A program made the position numbers and the translations under genes. Source: Planctomycetota bacterium (lineage in GTDB: Bacteria > Planctomycetota > JAJSAM01 > JAJVHW01). Taken from it: DNA of 64,000 nucleotides. Below, piece after piece: positions 1 to 8,098 of the stretch (position 1 is the first letter of the stretch; every line of letters starts with the position of its first letter). Location: the NCBI GenBank assembly GCA_965248445.1, contig CBDFJG010000001.1, forward strand, positions 320,001 through 384,000, read 5' to 3'. The notes beneath the pieces were generated by a model that saw nothing but the letters and a program-made list of their open reading frames with translations, did not search any database and had not been told where the DNA came from.

Positions 1-156
1 AAGGACTCGAACGAGGGCCTGCTTCGCGGACTCGCAGCCGCGTCGCTGGGCATCCTGCTCGAGCACGACGCCGCACGACCGCTGCATCTGGTCGGGCAGG
101 ATCTCTATTGGGGCGCCGCGACCGATCCCGTGACCGAACTCATGTCCATCCTCTGA
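1..156 (+). CDS. 3' end of a gene truncated by the window edge (possibly HEAT-repeat protein)
   Basis: Frame 1 is open from base 1: KDSNEGLLRGLAAASLGILLEHD...VTELMSIL, TGA at 154-156; 'LRGLAAASLG' is HEAT-like. Confidence 0.55.
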   Translation, partial: KDSNEGLLRGLAAASLGILLEHDAARPLHLVGQDLYWGAATDPVTELMSIL

Positions 157-181
157 CATCCGCATCCGGTAGCTTGTCGGG

Positions 182-769
182 ATGAGCGAGAGACACAACC
201 GTCGCCGACCTCTGTGGCATCGCGTGATCGCCGCCCTGTGTGGAATGGCACTCCTTCTCGGATGCGCGAGCAACTCGTCGCCGGGATCCAATGCGACACA
301 GTATCCAGAGCGCACGATGCAACTGCTCCGACGGACGGTTGGCGAGTGGACATACGAGTCCGAGGCGATGACCGGTCGACCAGAGCAGCCGCTGGAGAAG
401 GGCCGCGGCACAGAGAGCGTGCGGCTCGTCGGCAACTGGGCCGTCTTCGAGGGTCGCGTCCCGACCCCGCAAGGAACGATGACGACGCTGCTCACGGTCG
501 GTCACGACTCCCGGCGGGGTGCTCCGTCGGCGACGTGGGTCGATTCCATGACCGACATGCAGTGGGTGTACGGAGGCACGGTCGACGAGACGGGCACAGT
601 CCTCACCCTCACGGCGAAGGGCCCGAACTCCCAGTCGGCCGGCAGAGATTTCCTCTACCGCAGCGTGCTCGAGGTCCCCGACTCGGAGAGCCGCGTGCTT
701 CGGTCGGAGATCCTGACGGACGGCGAGTGGGTCACCTTCCTCACGGCCCGCTACTCGCGCGTTCGGTAG
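182..769 (+). CDS. DUF1579-like lipoprotein
   Basis: Lipobox LLGC; motifs VGEW, GTESVRLVGNW, TWVDSM, LTLTAKGP, C-terminal Y.R typical of DUF1579. Confidence 0.75.
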   Translation: MSERHNRRRPLWHRVIAALCGMALLLGCASNSSPGSNATQYPERTMQLLRRTVGEWTYESEAMTGRPEQPLEKGRGTESVRLVGNWAVFEGRVPTPQGTMTTLLTVGHDSRRGAPSATWVDSMTDMQWVYGGTVDETGTVLTLTAKGPNSQSAGRDFLYRSVLEVPDSESRVLRSEILTDGEWVTFLTARYSRVR

Positions 770-892
770 CGCCAGCTGGGACGGCCCTCCCGAGCGGGTA
801 TCCTCGCCCCCGCGGCTCGGCCACGGGGAGGGCAGGCGGTCTGCTCCTCCGTTGAGCGTTACTTCTAGGCGGCCGGGAGACCGGAGCCGGTG

Positions 893-1969
893 TCACAGCA
901 GCCGGCGGCGGAACTCCTGGATCACGGGCAGCGCGTCCAGCCACGCTGACGCGTCTGCCCGGTGCGGGTCTTTCGGATGCGGATCCCCGGCGTAACCGTC
1001 GGGGATCTGGCTGTCTCCAGCATCGTGGTACTCGTACCCCGGGATGAACAGGTCGTCGTCCCCGTGGACGTCGAGCGTGCGCACGCCGTACGTCGACAGT
1101 TCAGTCGTCAGCGTCTGCGGTGGGTTGACCCACGCGTGCGTCGGCGACGCCATGAACAGGTACTGGATCTTCCCGTTCTCGGAGCGGACGCGGAACTTGC
1201 GCAGTTCCCCACCGAAGAACTTGCTGACTGAGGCGATCACCTCGAGCACGCCGTTCTTGAAGTCCGGCGCGTAGCCGCGCGCGAAGCGCAGAGATGCGGG
1301 GTCGCCCTTCTTGACGAAGCGCGCCACCCGCCGGCCGCCGTTCACGCGCTCGCGGGATGCCGCCAGTTCGCGAGGCCTCGTGAAGTCGGCATAGGGCTCG
1401 ATGCGCCCGGACGGCCCCTCACGCAGCACGAGCTCGACCGCGCGGTTGTCCTTCCGCCGCTTGGCGCGCCGGCTGACCACGTCCATCGCGGCCTGCATCT
1501 CGAACGGCAGATTCGTGGTCTCCTCGGCGCTCACCAGGTGCTCGCCGTCCGCGTCCCGCTCGACGCGCACGTCGCCCTTCCCGATCCAGTACTCGTCGTG
1601 GTCGTGGACGAAGTGGCTGGCAACGCGCCAAACGAGGGAGGAGTCCTTGTAGAAGATGCGCGGATAGACGTCCCGCACCCGCCCGTTCGCGGCGGGTTGC
1701 ACCACGTACGCGATGAAGAACCCGAGCGCCTCGTTGAAGCGGGAGTTGCTCAGGAAGTAGATCGTGTCGAACAGCCGGATCTCGTGACGAGGCAACCGGC
1801 CGTTGCGCAGAAGCGCGTCCGGGTCGTGACGCGCCGTGCCCGCTGCGCGCAGCCGGGCGCCCTCCGACAGAAGTTCCTGAAACCGCTTGGCGACCTGCGC
1901 GCGCGACCGCACCTCCGGCTCGACACCGGTCACGATCTCGGTCCTCTGCCGCCCGCTGCGCGCCTTCAT
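893..1969 (-). CDS. hypothetical protein (358 aa)
   Basis: Long ORF with globular, aromatic-rich composition (PRIFYKDSSLVWRVASH, WIGKGD); family not recognised. Confidence 0.7.
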   Translation of the reverse strand: MKARSGRQRTEIVTGVEPEVRSRAQVAKRFQELLSEGARLRAAGTARHDPDALLRNGRLPRHEIRLFDTIYFLSNSRFNEALGFFIAYVVQPAANGRVRDVYPRIFYKDSSLVWRVASHFVHDHDEYWIGKGDVRVERDADGEHLVSAEETTNLPFEMQAAMDVVSRRAKRRKDNRAVELVLREGPSGRIEPYADFTRPRELAASRERVNGGRRVARFVKKGDPASLRFARGYAPDFKNGVLEVIASVSKFFGGELRKFRVRSENGKIQYLFMASPTHAWVNPPQTLTTELSTYGVRTLDVHGDDDLFIPGYEYHDAGDSQIPDGYAGDPHPKDPHRADASAWLDALPVIQEFRRRLL

Positions 1970-2005
1970 CGCGAGACGGTACGCAGAAGTGCGCCTCCGC
2001 GGCAG

Positions 2006-2419
2006 TTACCGGCGACCGAACAGCCGCACAAGCCGATCCACCCGCGACTCCGCAACGATCTGCACACCGCGCTCCCGCCGCCAGAGTCGGTGCAACCGCT
2101 TGTCGGCCATGGGCGTCTCGTACGTCGTCCCCAGCGGCTCTCCGATCAACTCTTCATAGTGCTCGGCGAACTCGCCGTAGCCGAAGTTCACGGCCGGCCT
2201 GCACGACACACTGTCGGCAGGCGAGTACATCAGCATGGGTCGATCCTCGAAGAACCGCACGACTCCTCCGATGTCCTCGTGCCGCTCCGGCCAGCCCACG
2301 AGCGCGACAAGCGCGATCGGCGCCCAGACTCGTCCGACGGCCCAACAGAGTCCGAGAAACCGGCGCCGGACGTGCTGCCGTCCGGCCCGCAACGGAACTG
2401 GGGTCTGCGGCACCTGCAC
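2006..2419 (-). CDS. possible small hypothetical protein
   Basis: C-terminal part of ORF 2006..2971 looks protein-like (NFGYGEFAEHYEELIGEP); start uncertain. Confidence 0.3.
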   Translation of the reverse strand: MQVPQTPVPLRAGRQHVRRRFLGLCWAVGRVWAPIALVALVGWPERHEDIGGVVRFFEDRPMLMYSPADSVSCRPAVNFGYGEFAEHYEELIGEPLGTTYETPMADKRLHRLWRRERGVQIVAESRVDRLVRLFGRR

Positions 2420-2486
2420 GCGCCATTGGTCGCCCGGCGGAGGCGTTTCTTCCGCGAATACTCGCGAGACCGCCGCTGGTGTACCG

Positions 2487-3074
2487 CTAGCGGCGGGTAC
2501 CGCGACGGCGACCGCCGCGCCGGCCACCGCGTCGACCACTGCGCCGGGCCTTGCGGCCGCCGCGTGACTCCCGCGCCGCTTCGCGTTCCGTCTCGTCGAT
2601 CGTTCCGTCGCCGTTCGTGTCGATCTCGGCCTTGCGCGCGGCTCGCTTGGCCTCGCGGGCTGCGTCGCGCTCGGCTCTGTCGAGCGAGCCGCTGCCGTCG
2701 GTGTCGAACTTCGCGAGCACCTCGGCCTTGCGCGCCTCGCGCGCGGCTTCACGCTCTGGCTGGCTGAGTTCGCCGTCACCGTCGGCGTCGAAGCGATGCA
2801 CCCTCTCGGCGCGCTTCTCCGGCAAGCGCTTGCGCTGACCGCGCTCGGCGCCTCCGCGGCGGCCGCGACGGTCGCGCTGGCCGGCGCGCTCCGCTCTCGC
2901 CGCGGCGATCTCGGCAGCGGAGAGGAGTCCGTCGCCGTTTCCGTCGTGCTTCTCGACGAACTTCTCGGCACGCTCCTGCGCGCTGCGTGGAGCGTCGGTG
3001 TCCTCGGCGGACGCGGCCGGTGCCATGAGTCCGATCAGTCCCGCGAAAACGGCCAGTGTGGTGAGTCTGCTCAT
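2487..3074 (-). CDS. exported EF-hand calcium-binding protein
   Basis: Signal peptide MSRLTTLAVFAGLIGLMAPAASA; four EF loops DGNGDGLLSAAE, DADGDGELSQPE, DTDGSGSLDRAE, DTNGDGTIDETE. Confidence 0.85.
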   Translation of the reverse strand: MSRLTTLAVFAGLIGLMAPAASAEDTDAPRSAQERAEKFVEKHDGNGDGLLSAAEIAAARAERAGQRDRRGRRGGAERGQRKRLPEKRAERVHRFDADGDGELSQPEREAAREARKAEVLAKFDTDGSGSLDRAERDAAREAKRAARKAEIDTNGDGTIDETEREAARESRGGRKARRSGRRGGRRGGRRRGTRR

Positions 3075-3197
3075 CGGTGATTCTCCATTCGTGCGATCGA
3101 GCGGCCGGACTTCCCCGGCCGCTCCTCTCCGCCACCGCTTCAACACGCTCGTGAAGCCGAGGTTTCGCGATCGCTTCGGATCGGGTCGCCGCCGGCC

Positions 3198-4124
3198 TCA
3201 CGCCGCCGGTGCCGCCAGCGGCACCGCCTGGACGTCGCCGGACACGAACAGCTCGCGGGTCTCGCGGGCGAAGTCCTCGACCGACTGCGGAGCGCGGCCG
3301 CCGATGCGGGCCACGTCGTCGGTGACCGCGTTGAACACGCCGTCCTGGTGATCCTGCGCCACGTGGGCTAGGTGACCCGCAAGGTACGCCGGGAGGCCGA
3401 CTTGCTCTGTCAGCACCGACTGCCAGGCATCGACCGGCAGGTCCACGTAGGTGACCTCCTTGCCGATCTCGCGCCCGATCGTCTCGGCCATCTCGGCGAT
3501 CGACAGACTGCGCGGTCCGGTCAGCACGTACCGCTGCCCGGCGTGCGGCGCAGGATCCGCAAGGACCGCAGACGCGACCCGTGCGATGTCCGCCGCGGTG
3601 ACCGGCGCGTGCTTCTCGTCACCGTACGGCAGGTAGAGCCGGCCCTCGGTGGCGATCGTGCCGGCACCCAACAGCGTCAGCATCTCTGCGAAGAACGTCG
3701 CCCTCAGGTGCACCGCACCGACGTCGGCCCAGTCGAACAGCTGCTCGGAGAGCCAGTGGGATCGGGAGAGCGGACTCGGCGCGTCCTCGCGAGCCGTGAT
3801 CTGGGAGAGGTTCACGAGGCCGCGGACGCCCGCGTCCTTGGCTGCGACCGCGACGTTGCTCGCGGCGAGCAACAGTTGTGGCAATTCCGGCGGGTAGCAG
3901 AAGTAGACGCGCGAGACGCCCTCCATGGCCTTACGCATCGACTGCAGGTCGTGCAGGTCCCCCACCACGACTTCGGCGCCGAGCGATTCCAGGCGCTCCG
4001 ACCTCTCGTCGAGGCGACGGACCATCGCGCGCACCGGGAGGCCGCGCTCGAGCAGTTGCTGCACGATGGGCGTGCCCGTCTTGCCGGCAGCCGCCGTGAT
4101 CAGGATCTTCTTCGTGTTCGACAT
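3198..4124 (-). CDS. NmrA-family NAD(P)H-binding atypical SDR
   Basis: ILITAAAGKTG Rossmann start, VVVGDLHD, LRATFFAE, VTAADIARVA, YVLTGP; RBS GAAGGAGG before ATG 4124. Confidence 0.9.
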   Translation of the reverse strand: MSNTKKILITAAAGKTGTPIVQQLLERGLPVRAMVRRLDERSERLESLGAEVVVGDLHDLQSMRKAMEGVSRVYFCYPPELPQLLLAASNVAVAAKDAGVRGLVNLSQITAREDAPSPLSRSHWLSEQLFDWADVGAVHLRATFFAEMLTLLGAGTIATEGRLYLPYGDEKHAPVTAADIARVASAVLADPAPHAGQRYVLTGPRSLSIAEMAETIGREIGKEVTYVDLPVDAWQSVLTEQVGLPAYLAGHLAHVAQDHQDGVFNAVTDDVARIGGRAPQSVEDFARETRELFVSGDVQAVPLAAPAA

Positions 4125-4152
4125 CAGAAATCCTCCTTCTGCACCCACTATT

Positions 4153-4168
4153 GAGTGCATATGCACTC
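4153..4168. promoter_or_regulatory. putative MarR operator (palindrome GAGTGCATATGCACTC)
   Basis: Perfect 16-bp palindrome about 30 bp upstream of the nmrA-like start; near-copy upstream of the marR gene. Confidence 0.7.
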
Positions 4169-4187
4169 TTTGTGCCGGGCTACTCGC

Positions 4188-4652
4188 CTAGGCGCCCCTT
4201 GTGTTCGTGACGACGAGCTGTGCGCCCGCCACCAGGTCGTTCATCTGTGAGGCACCCACCAGCCTTCGCAGGTCTTGCTGCGCCTGCCGCCAGAGCGGGT
4301 ACGCATTCGCCAGCGTCCGCCGGCCCTTCGCGGTGATCAGCAGTTCGCGCACCCGCCGGTCGTCCCCCGCCCGGCTTCGAACCAGACCATCGCGCTCGAG
4401 CGGTTTGAGGTTCCGCGTGAGCGTCGTCCGATCAGTGGCAGCCGCGTCCGCGAGTTCGTTGACCGTAAGAGGCGCCCGGGCGCGCAGGACGGCCAGGAGC
4501 GAGAACTGCGTTGCGCGGAGCCCGGCCGGGCGCAGTGCGTCGTCGTATCGCTGGGTGATCGACCGCGCGGCCTTGCGGAGGCTGAAGCAGGCGCAGGACG
4601 CGGCCTGCCGCAGCTCCTTCTGGCCGATGTCCGCGCGGTCGTCGTTCCTCAT
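4188..4652 (-). CDS. MarR-family transcriptional regulator (N-terminal CxC type)
   Basis: CACFSLRKAARSITQRYD...GLRATQFSLL...DRTTLTRNLKPLERDGLV...DRRVRELLITAKG. Confidence 0.92.
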   Translation of the reverse strand: MRNDDRADIGQKELRQAASCACFSLRKAARSITQRYDDALRPAGLRATQFSLLAVLRARAPLTVNELADAAATDRTTLTRNLKPLERDGLVRSRAGDDRRVRELLITAKGRRTLANAYPLWRQAQQDLRRLVGASQMNDLVAGAQLVVTNTRGA

Positions 4653-4658
4653 GGTTAT

Positions 4659-4670
4659 GTGTATATACAC
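4659..4670. promoter_or_regulatory. putative MarR autoregulatory operator (GTGTATATACAC)
   Basis: Perfect 12-bp palindrome 6 bp upstream of the marR ATG; consensus GTGYATATRCACTCTT shared with the site at 4155-4170. Confidence 0.7.
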
Positions 4671-4762
4671 TCTTCTGTCCCCCGTCAAGCCGAAATCTCG
4701 GCGATTCTGAGTTCCCGTCCAGCGCAGGCTCCGCGCTCGCCGCAACTGGGTAAGATGAACGC

Positions 4763-5536
4763 ATGGTCGGTCGAGGATTGTGCGCCACCGCACTGCTGTT
4801 CGTGTCTGCGTTCGCGAGTTCGGAAGCCGCGCACGCCGACGGTCTCGACGACACCATCACGACGGTCCGCCGGCTGGTGCGCGAGGGCGACACCGAGCAG
4901 GCCAGAGTCTGGGTCGACGCGCTCACCGACTCGAAGGACGACCGGTTCGGCGCGCTCTTGCGCGAGCTCTACCGCGCGAAAGACGACGGGATCGCCATCC
5001 ACGCCTGCCGATTGCTGGCCGAGAAAAAGGACGGTCGCTTCCTGGGGACGCTCCATCGGCGGGCGAGGGACGAGGACTTCCGCCAGGAGCGACCATCCGT
5101 GCACCGCGAGTCGATCGCGGCCCTCGGCAAGTACGCGTCGCCCAGCAGCCGGGGCGTGCTCGAGAAAGTCGTCGGACGCGTCCTCGACAGCGATGCGCGC
5201 CTGGCAAGCGTCGGCATCACGTCGTTCGCGCAGATCGAGAAGCGCAGCGTCGTCGACAGCCTGATCAGGTGGCTCGCGCGCACCGAAGCGGTGGACGCGC
5301 CGGACCGCAATGGACCGGGCGGCGGGATGTCTGGCGGCCCGCGCGGCGGCCCTGGCACCGGCACCGGTGGTCGCAAGCAAGGGGAGCAGGCGGCGGCCAG
5401 CGTCCGTGCGGTCGCCGCCCAGGTGCGCGCGACGATCCTCCGCGAACTCAGCCGCATCACCGGCGAGAACCACGCGGACGCCCCGACGTGGCGCAAGTGG
5501 TGGCGCGACCACCGCACTGCGTTCAAGTTCGGCTAG
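4763..5536 (+). CDS. exported HEAT-repeat-like protein
   Basis: Signal peptide ending AHA; helical repeats (ESIAALGKYASP); C-terminal LSRITGE...WRKWW motif. Confidence 0.7.
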   Translation: MVGRGLCATALLFVSAFASSEAAHADGLDDTITTVRRLVREGDTEQARVWVDALTDSKDDRFGALLRELYRAKDDGIAIHACRLLAEKKDGRFLGTLHRRARDEDFRQERPSVHRESIAALGKYASPSSRGVLEKVVGRVLDSDARLASVGITSFAQIEKRSVVDSLIRWLARTEAVDAPDRNGPGGGMSGGPRGGPGTGTGGRKQGEQAAASVRAVAAQVRATILRELSRITGENHADAPTWRKWWRDHRTAFKFG

Positions 5537-5591
5537 GGCTTCGCGTTCAGCTAGCTCGCTCTCTACTGCGCCGAGCGGGTACGTTGGCGCC

Positions 5592-6113
5592 ATGCGATCC
5601 ACGCTCGCGACCGCACTGCTCGCCTTCGCGGCCGTGGCGATCCCGGGAGGCTGCGCCGTGACACATCACGATCAGGGGGGATCGGCGCGCCACGACGTCG
5701 GCGACGTCGGCGCCGTGCTCGACGACTTCCACCAGGCCGCCGGCGAGGCCGACAGCGCCCGCTACTTCGCGCACTTCGCGCCGGACGGCGTGTTCATCGG
5801 AACCGACGCGACCGAGCGCTGGACTGTCGAGGAGTTTCGCGCGTACGCCGAGCCCTACTTCTCGAAGGGTCAGGGCTGGTCGTACAGCCCGCTCGAGCGG
5901 CACGTCGAGTTCTCTCGCGACGAGACGGTCGCTTGGTTCGACGAGCGTCTCTGGAACGAGAGCTACGGCGAGGTCCGCGGCTCGGGAGTTCTGCGGCGCA
6001 TCGGCGGCCGCTGGAGCATCTCGCAGTACGTGCTCAGCTTCCCGGTCCCCAACGACGTGGCGAAGGAGGTTGTGCGGGTCATCCGCGACGACCTCGAGAG
6101 CGCGCCACCGTAG
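5592..6113 (+). CDS. SnoaL-like/NTF2-family lipoprotein
   Basis: Signal ending GGC; LDDFHQAA, FIGTDATERW, GQGWSY, AWFDERL, RGSGVL, QYVLSFPVPND. Confidence 0.85.
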   Translation: MRSTLATALLAFAAVAIPGGCAVTHHDQGGSARHDVGDVGAVLDDFHQAAGEADSARYFAHFAPDGVFIGTDATERWTVEEFRAYAEPYFSKGQGWSYSPLERHVEFSRDETVAWFDERLWNESYGEVRGSGVLRRIGGRWSISQYVLSFPVPNDVAKEVVRVIRDDLESAPP

Positions 6114-6120
6114 AATCGGG

Positions 6121-7215
6121 CTACTGGATGTTCGGCGGGTCGGAGTCCCCGAACTTGTTTCCCGTGTAGGTGTTCGCCGAGGGGACGTCGCCCGACTCGT
6201 CGTTGATGTCGAACTTCAGGCTCCCTTTGATCTTGTTGTTCGTGACGGTGTTCCCGCCCGCACCGAATTCGAACTCGAGACCGCTGTCGCGCGAGCGAGT
6301 GATCTTGTTGTTCTCGAACGTGTTTCCGGTGCCTTCGACATCCACGCCGTCGTCGACGCTCTGCGTGATCTTGTTGCCGCGATACGTGGAACCGTCGCCG
6401 TCGGCGTCGATTCCGTCATTTCCCGCGCGCCGGATTTTGTTTCCCTCGTACGTGTTGTTGCCGCCCTCGTCGTCGAGTCCATCGTCAGACGGTCTGACGA
6501 TGTTGTTGTTGCGAGCGGTGTTGCCGCTGGCGTCGTCGTTGAACTGAATCGCGTCGGACTCGGTGATCTTGATCGTGTTCTTCTCGAAGAGGTTCCCCGT
6601 ACCGTCATCGACCTCGAGACCGTCGTCGTTCGTGCCCGTGACCTTGGTGCGGCGAACCGTGTTGTCGTCGCCGATACACACCTCGACGCCATCCCCCTCG
6701 ATGCGCTTCATCGAGCACTTCTCGATCATGCCGTTGTCGGAAGAATCCGTGAGGCGCACGGCGTCTCCTTCGATGAGCTCGAACCTCGTCTTCTCGACAA
6801 TCACGCGGTTCGAAGCTTCGACCCGCACGCCGTCACCGCCGCAAGCGTCGACGCGGCACTTCGACAGCGTGACGTCGTTCGAATTCTGGATCAGGAAGCC
6901 GTTCAGGTCGGCGCCCTCGACCCGGATCTTCTTGATCAGGATGTCGTTGCAGGTCGTGACGGTCAGCGCGGTTCCCGCACCACCGTCGATGATCACCTTG
7001 CCCTTGCCGCAGATCGTGATGTTGTTGTTCCCGTCGATGACGACGTTCTCGGGGTAGGTGCCCTTCTTCACGATGATCGTGTCGCCGTCGCCGGCCAGGT
7101 CGACGGCGCCCTGGATCGTGTCCGAGCTGCCAGGCACCGTGAGCTCAACGGCTCGCGCCAGAGACGTCAGCGACAAGAGACTCACCGAGAACACTGCACA
7201 AAAGATCCAACGCAT
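6121..7215 (-). CDS. exported right-handed parallel beta-helix protein (paralog 1)
   Basis: Signal peptide; TVPGSSDTIQGAVDLAGDGDTIIVKKGTYPENVVI; repeated DG.....N...GNKI units. Confidence 0.88.
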   Translation of the reverse strand: MRWIFCAVFSVSLLSLTSLARAVELTVPGSSDTIQGAVDLAGDGDTIIVKKGTYPENVVIDGNNNITICGKGKVIIDGGAGTALTVTTCNDILIKKIRVEGADLNGFLIQNSNDVTLSKCRVDACGGDGVRVEASNRVIVEKTRFELIEGDAVRLTDSSDNGMIEKCSMKRIEGDGVEVCIGDDNTVRRTKVTGTNDDGLEVDDGTGNLFEKNTIKITESDAIQFNDDASGNTARNNNIVRPSDDGLDDEGGNNTYEGNKIRRAGNDGIDADGDGSTYRGNKITQSVDDGVDVEGTGNTFENNKITRSRDSGLEFEFGAGGNTVTNNKIKGSLKFDINDESGDVPSANTYTGNKFGDSDPPNIQ

Positions 7216-7435
7216 CGTGATACCTCCGCGCGACCCCTGTCCGGCCGTCCGGCCGGGGTGCGCGCGCACGACGTGCTCCGTATGATCACGCCGCCGCAAC
7301 GCTCACGTCGCCCCTCTGGTCGCAGAGTCAGGGTGCCAGAACCACCGGCGCCGATCCACGGCGGGACCGAACGCGCGGCCCTTCGAGCCCAAGAGAGCGC
7401 AGGCCTGCGCAGCAATCGGATGCGACTATGTCGTG

Positions 7436-8024
7436 GTGCCGACCATCTTCACGCACGCCGTCCTGGCCGCCGGAGCGTTCACGCTCGTGTCGAACGGGCG
7501 TCGCGGCGCGCGGCTCGGAGCGTGTGTCGCCGCCGGGCTCTCCATGCTCCCCGACGGGGACGTGCTGTGGTGGAACCTGACGTCGTACGGAGAACCGTGG
7601 GGCCACCGCGGCATGACGCACTCGCTCTTCGCCGCGGTGGTCCTGGGCGCCGCGGCGGCGCCGCTGGTGCGGCGCCGCATCGACTTCCCCGGCGCAGAGT
7701 GGGGACTGTTCGCGCTCTTCGCGGCGGTGACGGCCTCCCACGGGCTACTCGATTCCCTGACCGATGGCGGGCGCGGGATCGGCTTCTTCCTTCCCTTCGA
7801 CGAGACGCGGTACTTCCTGCCCGTGCAGCCGGTACCCGTGGCGCCGATCAGTGCGAACCTCCTCTCGCCATGGCTCTGGCGTGTGCTGGCCGGTCGAGGT
7901 GCTGCTGTTCTGGCCGCTGGCGGCAGCTATGGCCTGGGGCCGACCGCCGCGCCGGCGCGTCCACGCCGCCCTGCTCGTGGCGGCTCTCACGGCGAGCGCG
8001 GCGACCTGGGCCGTCCGCATCTAG
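7436..8024 (+). CDS. YdjM-like membrane metal-dependent hydrolase, frameshifted near 7890
   Basis: MPTIFTHA, MLPDGD, GHRGMTHSL, SHGLLDSLTDGG.G motifs; the hydrophobic C-terminus (VEVLLFWPLAAA...WAVRI) continues in the +1 frame after 'ctggccggtcgag'. Confidence 0.8.
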
Positions 8025-8041
8025 AACGCGCTCGGCAAACG

Positions 8042-8077
8042 AAAAGGGCCCCCGCCACGCGCCGCGTCGCGGGGGCC
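8042..8077 (-). terminator. intrinsic terminator
   Basis: Stem GGCCCCCGC/GCGGGGGCC with AAAA on its left (U-tract on the minus strand), just past the stop of gene 8099..10105. Confidence 0.65.
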
Positions 8078-8098
8078 GTCGTTGCTATCCGTGAGGGC

